From a virus (Duplodnaviria; Caudoviricetes): 64,000 bases of DNA. The position numbers and the translations under genes were made by a program. How positions within the stretch are numbered: the first letter of the stretch is position 1; every line of letters starts with the position of its first letter. Location: positions 47,679 to 111,678 of the IMG/VR virus record IMGVR_UViG_3300021387_001464; one strand, written 5' to 3'. Positions 39,201 through 46,998 of the stretch are shown one piece after another. The notes beneath the pieces are model-generated. The model was not told the DNA's origin and ran no database searches. It worked only from the letters and a program-made list of their open reading frames with translations.

Positions 39201-40231
39201 CATACAACGACCAGGGATTCACGACATCGTGGGGTATCTATCCGAGCGCTTCGCTTGGATTCAGCGACGCCACAGGCGAAAATGCCGATCCGCTGATAGC
39301 GCATATCCGCAGTGAACTGGGTGTCAGCGACCCGTTCGAGACCCCGCTGCCGAACAAATCGACCGACTTTTATATATCCCCATCCACATACCAGGATGAG
39401 ACGAACGATCAGCCTGTTAGCGGTGCTATGGAAACAAGTACCACCTACGCACAGGCTGGTGACGGAACGGGCTATAAGCAGAGAACACAGAGTGAGGCCG
39501 CCATGGACTTTGCGACGGAGTATGAGAATGCGACGCTGCTTGCTTATGCCAACCGCATCTTAAAGGCCGTCTATACCTATTTCCCAACCATCCACAGTCA
39601 GATAGAGGCGCTTGGCATGAGGGTAGGTATTGACATTGATGCCGAGGACATTCCGCTGACTCGTCAGGCTGCTGCAGACATTATGATGCTGATCATTGAA
39701 GCTGCCGACGCTGCGGCAGGTGGCAATCTGACTGGCCTCGCACGTTATCGTGAGCTGATGTTCATTCCCGTCCGTGTATGCTCGCTGTGGAGTCCCGCCG
39801 AGGTAGCGGCTAACGCTATCACAGAGGAGGAACTTGATGAGCAGTACCGTCGCGGAAAGTGGATGCTGCCAAGTAACGGTCTGCTGGCACGTATCTTCAA
39901 CTTCCTGTGGAATAGTAGCTGCACTACGGATCCTGATACCGGAGCTAAAACCCGTACCAACGGAGCGCAGGCGACTATCAATAATAGTAACGAGCGGTCT
40001 GGTGAATTTGTCGCACACGAAGCGCAGCTGCCATTATTCTCTAATGTGTTATACAGAAGCAACAGTAGGCGAAACATCAATCTGAGTGCCAGCAGTAACC
40101 ATTGGAGTGTTACGGAGTACTACCGCAACCTCGCGAGGTACGTGTACTTCATCAATGGCCTCGTGAGCTACTACGGCAAGTACTACAGTAACGTTGTTCG
40201 TCCTGTCGCAGCATTCATATTTAGGGCGTAG
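33230..40231 (+). CDS. large tail/adhesin protein, DGR target with C-terminal variable (CLec-like) domain
   Basis: 2333 aa; LRR-like stretch; C-terminus WSVTE...VVRPVAAF is encoded by the VR. Confidence 0.85.
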   Translation: MARTKKIVIEGQNLLTNITQPWGGVNNGESVITVYGTQVPPGYEWGVNRGEIERFMKEQYGTKFGDFRTTDPDANNFIHLLCFATKADAAAWDEDPEGAAELIVKDLTIPISTASVDSYVATLSTNRSTSIQYLMKDGDDFYIPLRLNATHIIAATSTQEPMSGNGTLIVERSNNGTDWTQVRSSTMAASSEQTGYPMTINMKGLLVDGNLNYIRLRATFPYTDTEGQAKVMGTTPIVLQVNSVSLTVEMTTPWHEPQVDPSALSLAYNIRGNINRVLHLKVTGSAGTYETSQTVTAAQTQATFSLVEMSAYGLLTHGIKTCEAWLTAGDETSGELESEHLINRIMVVRTSAGEEVYMQPKLLISEMKSEVENFVQTRLLAYAIYSPTKNSEGDIVNNGPAIPTTFILTNSANSIISSQQNRYASVLVTPQPGQRYYLDLTVEIEQDGDTLASFLHATREVNGVARDFLLESIGSGSIYLRVDNTGGFQPTAGSTFLLNPKQRNNEEANPMTILNAKANNAVIDSEWQNFRLGNEDGYIKDENGESCLRIPAGRKLFIRYNPLALLYRSPNASLTMEFDVAIRNITNEDDPILKLAEQVSGVWRGLRLLPMTGFFTTESWNADEESDFRWSEDERTHIAVNIVNAVYPNAHGDALVTAEKEAQGRGSMSLVRIFINGIIKRELVYTPSATEFCTGSMSNGGFEIGQNGADIDIYGMRFFEGVALDSENVKQDWLSTIPDSDKKRRIKAENDIIDPNTGLIGLDYIAGNGNIVGLRRNWLIWHGNEPYHDNVHKNETGWIEWARYDNDGNYLPEYSGTFCKETKSVPQKPQGTTAKTYYYYNDQWDCGKATGIITIDITMLHSSITAEWDANYEWLDGDKQPTGEVGAWMMKGGYLGKNFPLPTESALPYHGTPTTVTVPDGWIDGNGKYRGVGVQIAEGIPMAQKTVNKINYASSMQSHLIGINWLYNELHTRICGKNTMQLAVDGAMVAKRTEPFLFFTQAEGAQRAVFRGPSAWGAGKMDKPSWGYVKSAHSDFCMIEGADNDKQLTDMRVPWDDEAHGGTPAKVYYDPDEEAFYYRIAGGDAEKCIDFDAGKTDDDGYPKSNIVGYIKAAWNFLYLHAPRIRHYEGTLAEFMTDAEWAQRPITAETTEEERERIELARSRVNTANKYWCHSEGGSAAGDYLLKRYDFADGEWVDAGLWNGTQYAQIDLRTYSMTAAAWNALTEAERNQSAIVNKAFVDAIVADCRANIGNYFKVSSLKFHYCFQNHFIAGTDNCSKNTYYVLDPSTHLFEMHQDDVDTTLATDNSGLQSKPYYIDRMHPYGGANAKRIAMTGDVDNANILYEGYYNVLFDLCELMYEPTGELQAMMHTILSEMASLTGGLDNEETTAMSGVWKALNRYLFNIQRYFPATVYNEAARIRYEFPELIGFLSDIRAVRPIKQSLGDQLQAELQFMKRRLVYMASYAAFGEFTPTGLRSGLTGLSEATDSFGMQKFALPGSSSPSPYVFNLVPHQWIYPTGGRETNNLIDPHERVAPGDTFVLDINPGQASDLGVNVFGLNYYRELGNVGDMVANNGQANFTLNGRRLVKFEAVPTVFYTDAQLPAFRVNNIIIGSATRLKEFNVRGAVIGTGTLNLSSLTLAETIDTRNTKISQIRLPETSTLTTLRLPATLTQLSLTGQSGLSTLDVQGVDVMTQLTMTGVPLLMGVRSMVLCDALRSADTRRENTTTLIRLADIDWTEVQANLMKWLIGVGDNGTCDITGSIVMFNGVGAATLSYEEVAKLITRYGDIRSTDNSLYVNYPTTNITTDSISIEGKKYVVNADIETDSEGNRWWKQLGLLVSSGNNVAIVTTPDGRIIPDVRWEFVEPDADTFAEFPDEFSSWIVINSLAARQVRTVRVTLHTTTGVDVTCDKKVGFWNRVPEVGDFAWTDGTFDNEDDQSKKMAGVVVMREVLERDEEDNIIAAKLWVEGTHNIGLPASYVGRGSANVPTYNDQGFTTSWGIYPSASLGFSDATGENADPLIAHIRSELGVSDPFETPLPNKSTDFYISPSTYQDETNDQPVSGAMETSTTYAQAGDGTGYKQRTQSEAAMDFATEYENATLLAYANRILKAVYTYFPTIHSQIEALGMRVGIDIDAEDIPLTRQAAADIMMLIIEAADAAAGGNLTGLARYRELMFIPVRVCSLWSPAEVAANAITEEELDEQYRRGKWMLPSNGLLARIFNFLWNSSCTTDPDTGAKTRTNGAQATINNSNERSGEFVAHEAQLPLFSNVLYRSNSRRNINLSASSNHWSVTEYYRNLARYVYFINGLVSYYGKYYSNVVRPVAAFIFRA
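40092..40216 (+). repeat. DGR variable repeat (VR)
   Basis: 125-bp ungapped match to 40978-41102 with 15 mismatches, all at TR adenines. Confidence 0.97.
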
Positions 40232-40251
40232 TCCATATTCACTGCTTTTAC

Positions 40252-40277
40252 GGGTAGCGGCCTTGAAGCCGCTACCC
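40252..40277 (+). promoter_or_regulatory. DGR target-recognition hairpin downstream of VR/IMH
   Basis: perfect 10-bp stem GGGTAGCGGC-CTTGAA-GCCGCTACCC, 20 nt after the target stop codon. Confidence 0.75.
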
Positions 40278-40303
40278 TCCGAAGCGAAACAAATAAGAAA
40301 TCA

Positions 40304-40432
40304 ATGAAAGAATACTGCACCGAGGTAGAAGACGTACAGCAGACGGTCAGCGAAACGTACATCATTGGCCAAATGAGATTAACAATAACAGAATATAACG
40401 GAAAACTCACAGCACAATGGGAGAGAATGTAA
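40304..40432 (+). CDS. small hypothetical protein in the DGR cassette
   Basis: 42 aa MKEYCTEVED..., overlaps the start of the Avd-like gene. Confidence 0.4.
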   Translation: MKEYCTEVEDVQQTVSETYIIGQMRLTITEYNGKLTAQWERM

Positions 40433-40890
40433 CAGAGAAGCCCACCGCCGGCGTACATATTCCTGAAGAGGTGGTGCGTCAGAGTGAAGAAAAGAAACAG
40501 CAGCACCGCACGATACGGCAGACGCAGGTGTACCGTGACGTGGCGAACCTGAAATATCTAATCGTCCGTCACATGAGTAATGCTCCACGGAAGTACGCCA
40601 AGTATTTCGACGAGATGCTTGTTACGGTTAGCAACGCCAAGCAGAGCCTTGCGCTCGGACTGATAGGGCGCAACGTAGAGCAGCAGTACGAGAACATGAG
40701 CTATGCACAGGTGATGGTAGAGGATATTCAGGATGACGCCATCATCCTGCACCAGCTGGGGTTGGTAGATAAAAAAGAGAAGAAAAGTATAAGGAGCTTG
40801 GCACAAAAGATAGCCGCGCAGATAGTCCGGCTGCGCGATTATTACAAAAGCCAGGGGATAGACATGAACGGTAAAACGTGTGAACCATGA
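40417..40890 (+). CDS. avd: DGR accessory variability determinant (Avd-like four-helix bundle)
   Basis: 157-aa helical, basic protein between VR and TR/RT. Confidence 0.65.
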   Translation: MGENVTEKPTAGVHIPEEVVRQSEEKKQQHRTIRQTQVYRDVANLKYLIVRHMSNAPRKYAKYFDEMLVTVSNAKQSLALGLIGRNVEQQYENMSYAQVMVEDIQDDAIILHQLGLVDKKEKKSIRSLAQKIAAQIVRLRDYYKSQGIDMNGKTCEP

Positions 40891-42368
40891 GCTATCGAGC
40901 GCTACATAATCGGCTGAATGGGCGTCTTACTGCGGGAGGAAACTCCTTCAGTTACGAAGATGCAAAGACGCAAAAAGGCAGTAACCATTGGAGTGTTACG
41001 GAGAACAACCGCAACAACGCGAGGAACGTGAACTTCAACAATGGCAACGTGAACAACAACAACAAGTACAACAGTAACGTTGTTCGTCCTGTCGCAGCAT
41101 TCGGTGATGTTGTGTCAACTCCTTTTCTTCTCTTTCTTCTCTCTGTCTGGAAGGCATACCACGACTGCTTGCGAAATAAGATGTCATCGACGCAGGCAGT
41201 GGAATACATGCAGATAGCTGCCTTCGACATACCCTGCCTGGCCTGGGAGCTATGGACAGGCACCTACCAGCCAGGCATATCCACTTGTTTTCTTGTCCGC
41301 TATCCCAAGTGGCGCGAAGTTTTTGCCGCCTGCTTCCGCGACCGTATCGTACATCACTGGATTTGCCTGCGCCTGGAGCCCTTGTTTGAGCTTCGCTTTC
41401 GTGAGCAAGGCAACGTAAGTTTCAACTGCCGCAAGGGGTTCGGTACCGACAGGGCTGTTGAGTACGTGTCAGAGGCCATGCGCCGCATTAGCGACAACTA
41501 TCATAAGCCCGCGTGGGTATTCCGTGGTGACATCGTAGGTTTCTTTATGGCCATCAACAAGGAGCTGTTATGGTATCTGCTGGAGCGCTTCATGCGCCGC
41601 TGGCAGTTCCGCGAGCAACATTTCGGATGGTGTAAGTACGGTTTGGCAGGACAACCGAAAATGTACTGGGACATTCTCTTTAATGTGACGCGCATCATAG
41701 TGATGCACCACCCCGAACAGAACTGCGTATTGAACTCACCCGTACACTTGTGGAAGAACCTCGCGCCAAACAAGAGCCTGTTCACATCGTCAACGGGCGA
41801 GCCCATCGGAAACCTGACCACACAGTTATTCGCCAATTTCCTGATGTCATTCTTTGTGGCATACGTGCAGTTTGTGTTCCGCCGCAAACGGTTCGACATG
41901 GCACAGTTTGTGGATGATTTCGTGTTGGTATGCGACGATCTACGCTTCCTTGTTGACAGCATTCCGCTGCTCGAGACGTTCCTACGTGACAAACTGCTGC
42001 TGACACTCCACGAGAACAAGCGCTATCTGCAGCCCGTTAGTCACGGCGTGCTGTTTGTCGGCACAATGATTAAGCCGTCAAGACAGTATCTCAGTAACCG
42101 CACTATATCAAGAATGACGGAGAAGTGCAACGGTTTCCGCGAGATACTGAACGGCATGACTACCGATGCCTTGCCGGACCTGACAACACTGGAACATATC
42201 GAGCAGGTCGTCAATAGTTACCTCGGCTTTACTCGACGAAGACAGACCTACGACTTCAGGACGAGCACCATCGACAGTATGGGTGACGCCTTCTGGTGTT
42301 ACTTTGTCGTGCGTGGACATTACGAGAGCATCCGACTGAGACGTCAGTACAGAATGATACATGTTTAA
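40887..42368 (+). CDS. DGR reverse transcriptase (start uncertain; reading frame is open through the TR)
   Basis: REVFAACFRDRIVHH, CRKGFGT, DIVGFFM, PIGNLTTQLFANF, FVDDF, GVLFVG. Confidence 0.93.
   Translation: MSYRALHNRLNGRLTAGGNSFSYEDAKTQKGSNHWSVTENNRNNARNVNFNNGNVNNNNKYNSNVVRPVAAFGDVVSTPFLLFLLSVWKAYHDCLRNKMSSTQAVEYMQIAAFDIPCLAWELWTGTYQPGISTCFLVRYPKWREVFAACFRDRIVHHWICLRLEPLFELRFREQGNVSFNCRKGFGTDRAVEYVSEAMRRISDNYHKPAWVFRGDIVGFFMAINKELLWYLLERFMRRWQFREQHFGWCKYGLAGQPKMYWDILFNVTRIIVMHHPEQNCVLNSPVHLWKNLAPNKSLFTSSTGEPIGNLTTQLFANFLMSFFVAYVQFVFRRKRFDMAQFVDDFVLVCDDLRFLVDSIPLLETFLRDKLLLTLHENKRYLQPVSHGVLFVGTMIKPSRQYLSNRTISRMTEKCNGFREILNGMTTDALPDLTTLEHIEQVVNSYLGFTRRRQTYDFRTSTIDSMGDAFWCYFVVRGHYESIRLRRQYRMIHV
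40978..41102 (+). ncRNA. DGR template repeat (TR)
   Basis: AAC-rich invariant copy of the VR. Confidence 0.97.
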
Positions 42369-42386
42369 CCAAAATAATAGCAGATT

Positions 42387-42728
42387 ATGAAACAGATTTA
42401 TGATTTTGAGCCAAATCCGGTAGAGACAATCATTTCTACAGGCATGATGACAACAGTGTTTCGCCTCGACATCACCAAGAAGGAAGACGGAACGTATGTG
42501 TGTGAAGAAGTAGAGTATAATCACAAGGAGCCGCTAACGGAAGAAAAGGATTACGGCCCGATGGTCAGCACGCTCATTCGTGCTCACTACTCGCAAGATC
42601 AAGTAGAAGCTATCACGCAGAACTACCTCGCCGATTTCGAGGACCGTAAAAAAGAGTTTGATGTTTTGCAGGAGTGGCGTGCGGAATCCAAGCGGATAGC
42701 CAAGGCGCTTTTTAATAACATACAATAG
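42387..42728 (+). CDS. hypothetical protein
   Basis: LIRAHYSQDQVEAI..N...WR...K.IAK motif seen near Bacteroidetes tail/DGR loci. Confidence 0.65.
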   Translation: MKQIYDFEPNPVETIISTGMMTTVFRLDITKKEDGTYVCEEVEYNHKEPLTEEKDYGPMVSTLIRAHYSQDQVEAITQNYLADFEDRKKEFDVLQEWRAESKRIAKALFNNIQ

Positions 42729-42761
42729 TAGCGTACTGAACAATTCCTCTGGGATAGGAAT

Positions 42762-42896
42762 AAAAAAGTAATCCCGCCCTGCATAAAGCTCTCTTACCTT
42801 CCTTATACATTCAATCTGCCAGTGACAGCCGGCGGGATTACAATAGTCCTTCTGCTGTTACTGACAGATTTTTATGTCCACTAAGGAAGGTAAGAG
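42762..42896 (-). ncRNA. pseudoknotted sRNA candidate
   Basis: 15-bp stem 42791-42805/42882-42896; inner stem 42813-42829/42854-42870; loop 42831-42841 complementary to 42768-42778; - strand TATCTTTG box at 42901-42908; terminal U-tract. Confidence 0.5.
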
Positions 42897-42932
42897 GTCG
42901 CAAAGATAATTATAATTTTATAAAATCTGACA

Positions 42933-43169
42933 ATGAAACGTATAGAATTAACCATTTTTAGTGCAGGCGGGCTTCAAATGTTGCAAAAATGTGGCATCAG
43001 ACCTGAAGATGGAAAGTATATTCCACTCTATCGCGAATATGTAGAAATGCTTGAACGCGGCGAGAAAGTGACGTATATTCAAGACGTACTCGCCAAGAAG
43101 TACGGCATTTGTCCGCGTACTGTTTATGACATTTATTCGCGTCTCAATGAGAGTATATCTGTAATATAA
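42933..43169 (+). CDS. small HTH (Mor-like) DNA-binding protein
   Basis: EKVTYI..LAKKYGICPRTVYDIYSRL. Confidence 0.6.
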   Translation: MKRIELTIFSAGGLQMLQKCGIRPEDGKYIPLYREYVEMLERGEKVTYIQDVLAKKYGICPRTVYDIYSRLNESISVI

Positions 43170-43333
43170 TCAATGCTTTGCAAGATGTTTTCAGAATGCG
43201 TAAAGTCGTTGCATCGCTATAAGACGTAATTCTTTGTGTTGCCTGATAATTATGAATAACTTCGCAAGCGGATATCCAAAAGGATTTCCACTACAGTTCA
43301 CTTAATTATTAACAACACAAAAACATTACAACT

Positions 43334-43903
43334 ATGGCACTCGAAATGAATGACCTAATGATGTTGAGGGGAATGGACTCGAAAGAGGGTCTGTCGCCTT
43401 ACGAGCAGGTGAAGCTCGATCACATGACTGCACGTAACCACACCTCTGGTATCGGAGTTGCAGGACTCGTTCTTGGCACTGTTGGCACGGCAGTAGGCGT
43501 TGGCGCATGGCTGTTTGGTGGTATGTATGGCAATGCTAAGGCCAACCAGGCCAAGGAGGTTGCTCTCGCCGCCAAGGAGATTGCTGCCCTGCAGAACGGC
43601 GCAACCCAGCGTCAGCTCGACCAGTTGACCAACCTGTTTGCTGCAGAGCGTCAGGAGCGCATCGCTGGCGACGTGACGCTGAACCAGACCATTACTGACA
43701 CCGTGAGCGGCAGTCAGCAGGGGACACTCACTGCCCAGCAGCAGGCAGAGCTCGCAGCTTCACAGGCTACACAGCAGGTGATGGCGCAGACCTACTCCGA
43801 CTTCGTGACTGGTCGCGCATCGCTGAACCCGACTCCCGTCAGCCTGTACTCGGCTCCCCAGCCTTGTGCTTGTCCTGCCAGCGGCTGCGGTTGCGGCGCG
43901 TAA
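43334..43903 (+). CDS. hypothetical protein with glycine-zipper-like TM segment and CGC tail
   Basis: GVAGLVLGTVGTAVGVG; ends CACPASGCGCGA. Confidence 0.7.
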   Translation: MALEMNDLMMLRGMDSKEGLSPYEQVKLDHMTARNHTSGIGVAGLVLGTVGTAVGVGAWLFGGMYGNAKANQAKEVALAAKEIAALQNGATQRQLDQLTNLFAAERQERIAGDVTLNQTITDTVSGSQQGTLTAQQQAELAASQATQQVMAQTYSDFVTGRASLNPTPVSLYSAPQPCACPASGCGCGA

Positions 43904-43964
43904 AGGTTTCTTGTAGGCGGCGGTTTTGCCGCTGCCTACTTCCTTTTCAAAATTTCACGGCAAT

Positions 43965-44333
43965 ATGATATGGAACTATGGTAAACGTAAACGACGTATG
44001 CAGATGGTAAATCAAGGATTAAGAGCAACAAGCAAGAGCAGTCTGAAACTGCAATGTCTCTTCTGTGCAAAGGGCGACCTGAAGGAAGCAAAGGAACTCT
44101 ACGATTTCTTTGCGAGCGATATGCCCGACCTCCCGGACTACGACCCCGTGCCACCGACCTGGCAGCAGAATACGGCACAGACCATCAACGGCATCATGGA
44201 CTGGGTGAAGGAGAACCAGGGAACGCTGGCGCAGGCTTACGACTTCATATCGGGCATCGTCAAAAATCGGGGCATACCGCCAACGGCTGTGCCAGAGCCA
44301 CCAGCCGCACCGCTGCCGCCCATCAACGAATAA
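43965..44333 (+). CDS. hypothetical protein
   Basis: 122-aa ORF. Confidence 0.6.
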   Translation: MIWNYGKRKRRMQMVNQGLRATSKSSLKLQCLFCAKGDLKEAKELYDFFASDMPDLPDYDPVPPTWQQNTAQTINGIMDWVKENQGTLAQAYDFISGIVKNRGIPPTAVPEPPAAPLPPINE

Positions 44334-44352
44334 TGACTAATTCACGGCAAAT

Positions 44353-44553
44353 ATGAATGTATATCCCATAACTATCAAGATTTATGCCAACGACGAGCAG
44401 GAAGCACAGCGGGCACAGCACGCCCTCGGCCAGTTCGTCAACGATATGGGCGCACTGGGCATTCCTGTAACCGGCAATAAGATTGCCGAGGCAGTGCCTC
44501 AGTGGAACAAGAACATTATAGTAAAAAACCAGATTATCAGTCACTTCAAATGA
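44353..44553 (+). CDS. hypothetical protein
   Basis: 66 aa; upstream TTCACGGCAA motif shared with the previous gene. Confidence 0.6.
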   Translation: MNVYPITIKIYANDEQEAQRAQHALGQFVNDMGALGIPVTGNKIAEAVPQWNKNIIVKNQIISHFK

Positions 44554-44873
44554 GCAAGAATATGGAACAGACAAATCAGAACCAGCAGACTCAGCAGCCG
44601 CAATTTAAGTGTCCAGGCAACTGCCTGCAATGCCTGCCAGCACAACGGCAGTATTGCGCCTCACAGCACGCCTACTCGAACATGAAGGTGCTCGATAAAA
44701 TCATGGAGACGCTGCTCGGTATGAAGAATCAGATGGACGCGATGCAAGACACCATCGGCGAACTGTCGGCTAAGATTGAGGCTATCCAGAACGGCGAAGC
44801 CGCCGTGTTCGATCCAAACGACGAGGGCGAGCTCTTCCCTAAGGAGAATGTAAAAGACGCAAAAGACAAATAG
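44550..44873 (+). CDS. hypothetical protein (Cys motif plus coiled coil)
   Basis: CPGNCLQC...C; ATGA overlap with the previous gene. Confidence 0.6.
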   Translation: MSKNMEQTNQNQQTQQPQFKCPGNCLQCLPAQRQYCASQHAYSNMKVLDKIMETLLGMKNQMDAMQDTIGELSAKIEAIQNGEAAVFDPNDEGELFPKENVKDAKDK

Positions 44874-44971
44874 TGCGTCTCACGGTTTTTCCGTGAGAAA
44901 AGATATAGCGCAAGAAGGGCGGCGGCGCACCAAAAGGCTCCCAATATAATTAACACAAAAACTAAAGTATT

Positions 44972-45451
44972 ATGCCAAACTGTAACTGTAATTGCAAGAA
45001 CGGACAGGACGTACTCGACTTCCTGACTTCCGTACCTGGCGGCACCGCTGCCAATGCAACGTATCAACTGGGGTTGACCCACTTTACTTGCGGCAACCGC
45101 AAGATGCTTGTGGCTGACCCGACGCATCCTGTCATCGCACAGCTGACGGCAACACCCGTCGGCACACCTATCGACCTTGGCAACGGCACCTTCTGTCAGG
45201 AGTGTCAGATTGCAGGAACCGTCACTTACAAGCCCTGTAACTCCTGCTCGCCGCAGACGGAGTATGTCAGCCAGCGTGTCTGTCTGCCGTGCTCGTCGGC
45301 TGTACCGCCAACACTCACCATCGGCACCGTGGCCGCTTCGCCCAAGCCCATCACATATTATCAGAACAATGGCTGCGGATGCTGTCAGGGGACTTATCCC
45401 TGCACCAACCGCATCGCCATCACCACGTCGATTAACGTTACAACAGCATGA
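44972..45451 (+). CDS. Cys-rich hypothetical protein
   Basis: 159 aa, many Cys/Thr/Pro. Confidence 0.65.
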   Translation: MPNCNCNCKNGQDVLDFLTSVPGGTAANATYQLGLTHFTCGNRKMLVADPTHPVIAQLTATPVGTPIDLGNGTFCQECQIAGTVTYKPCNSCSPQTEYVSQRVCLPCSSAVPPTLTIGTVAASPKPITYYQNNGCGCCQGTYPCTNRIAITTSINVTTA

Positions 45452-45822
45452 ACTGGCTCGACGTACTGATGATTGTTTTTTCAGCGACAGCCGCCAACCA
45501 CCTCGGTCTGGTGGCTGCCGCTGAGAGCGTCGTCCGTCACCGCCTGCCAATACTGAACTGCCCCAAGTGCGCGGCATTCTGGAGTGTGATAGTGTATGGA
45601 GTTGCAGTGGAGATTTATTTTTCACTTTTCACTTTACACTTTTCACTTACCGTCCTCGCCGCCGCTTTTCTCTCTGCATGGTCAGCCATCTGGCTCGACC
45701 TTTTTATGGGAATTATCGATCAACTATATATAAAGGTATATGACACGATTTATTCAACAACAGATACCACCGACACCGACGCGCTCGATATCGCAGACCC
45801 CGTGTCCGATGTGTCCGATTAG
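45448..45822 (+). CDS. membrane protein with CPKC motif
   Basis: hydrophobic; LNCPKCAAFW; in-frame (TTTTCAC)n insert. Confidence 0.6.
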   Translation: MNWLDVLMIVFSATAANHLGLVAAAESVVRHRLPILNCPKCAAFWSVIVYGVAVEIYFSLFTLHFSLTVLAAAFLSAWSAIWLDLFMGIIDQLYIKVYDTIYSTTDTTDTDALDIADPVSDVSD

Positions 45823-46003
45823 CGTCCCGTATGCTGCGGTATCACCGCAGCCTGAATCCGGAACAATATCGGAAAAGGCATCGAAATCGATGCCTAAACG
45901 TCAAAATAAGAAATAAAAATCGCCGATTTTTGCTTATTTCGACGAAAACGTAAAAATAAACAGGTTTTGGCGTGCTTAATGTATCACTAAATAAGAAAAA
46001 GAA

Positions 46004-46513
46004 ATGATGACAGCAGAAGAAATGAAAAAGGAGTTTTATGAACTCTACGACATGATGGCCATGAGCCACGATGTTGAAAACATGCGGACGTTCGGCAACG
46101 TCCACAAGGAAATGATGGAGTGGATGATCCAGAACAAACCCGACCTCGCACAAGAGTGGGTTGGTAAACTGGAGAGCATCAAGTGGTGTAACTATCTGAC
46201 GCCGAAGGAGGCCGAGAAAATCGTCTCTGAGATGGTACCCAAGGCTCCGTGGAGTCGTGAGGTGTGGAAGAATGCCATGACCCAACTTGAACTGCCGATA
46301 GAGGAAGAGCCGTATTATAATTCGTGCGCCCTCTGGGTGGTGATGAACCAAGTCTATACCGTTCATGCACAGACTATCGCCGACAACATCCTGAAGAAGC
46401 CGCTGGCCGAGATTCCCGCTGACCAGCTTGTTCCCGGCATCCGTGCTCTCGCCCTTGACCTTCTGAAGGACAAAGACAAGAACTACTGCGTGCGCTCGTA
46501 CTTCGGTTTGTAG
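46004..46513 (+). CDS. hypothetical protein
   Basis: NYLTPKEAEKIV..M...WS...YN..ALWVVMN...L.DKD family seen in gut phages. Confidence 0.7.
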   Translation: MMTAEEMKKEFYELYDMMAMSHDVENMRTFGNVHKEMMEWMIQNKPDLAQEWVGKLESIKWCNYLTPKEAEKIVSEMVPKAPWSREVWKNAMTQLELPIEEEPYYNSCALWVVMNQVYTVHAQTIADNILKKPLAEIPADQLVPGIRALALDLLKDKDKNYCVRSYFGL

Positions 46514-46559
46514 TTTAGTGTAGGCAGCGGTTTTGCCGCTGCCATTATCACTTTCGCCT

Positions 46560-46838
46560 ATGCCCAGCACCAACGCAATCGCCCGCCGTATGCTCCTTGA
46601 ACGCATCTACAACAAGATGACCGACGAGGAAAAGCGCATCTTTGCCATGATGACTATGCAGAACAAGAGCAATGGCGAAATACTGCAGGCTATCCGGCAA
46701 AACCAACAGCACTTGGAGCACCTTGTGGAGCACACCGACCGCGACCAGTGGTACAAAGCCTTTGGCAGCGATGTGGCCGCCAACGTGCTAACCACTTCTG
46801 TCTTCTGGCTCTTAGGCAAACTCTTTGCGAAGCGTTAG
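46560..46838 (+). CDS. hypothetical protein
   Basis: 92 aa with C-terminal hydrophobic segment. Confidence 0.55.
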   Translation: MPSTNAIARRMLLERIYNKMTDEEKRIFAMMTMQNKSNGEILQAIRQNQQHLEHLVEHTDRDQWYKAFGSDVAANVLTTSVFWLLGKLFAKR

Positions 46839-46897
46839 CGCGTTTTACGGTTTCCATCACAAAAGACTATCCGTTCATATTATCGCCGTGAACGCCG

Positions 46898-46936
46898 GCG
46901 GGTAACAGGCTCAAAAGCCTGCTGCCCGCTTCTTTG
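46898..46936 (+). terminator. intrinsic terminator
   Basis: GCGGGTAACAGGC-TCAAAA-GCCTGCTGCCCGC followed by TTCTTT. Confidence 0.6.
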
Positions 46937-46937
46937 T

Positions 46938-46972
46938 TGTCCGTAGCCTAAAGGTCGTTTGTGTTATCTTTG
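46938..46972 (+). promoter_or_regulatory. phage-type promoter TGTCCG-N21-TATCTTTG
   Basis: exact 21-nt spacer; upstream of the holin. Confidence 0.75.
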
Positions 46973-46998
46973 CATTAGAAATATAAAAAACAAAGACA

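Noticed and set aside
40887-42368. Group II intron, retron or defence-associated RT
   Set aside because: The adjacent TR/VR pair with adenine-only mismatches and the Avd-like gene identify it as a DGR RT.
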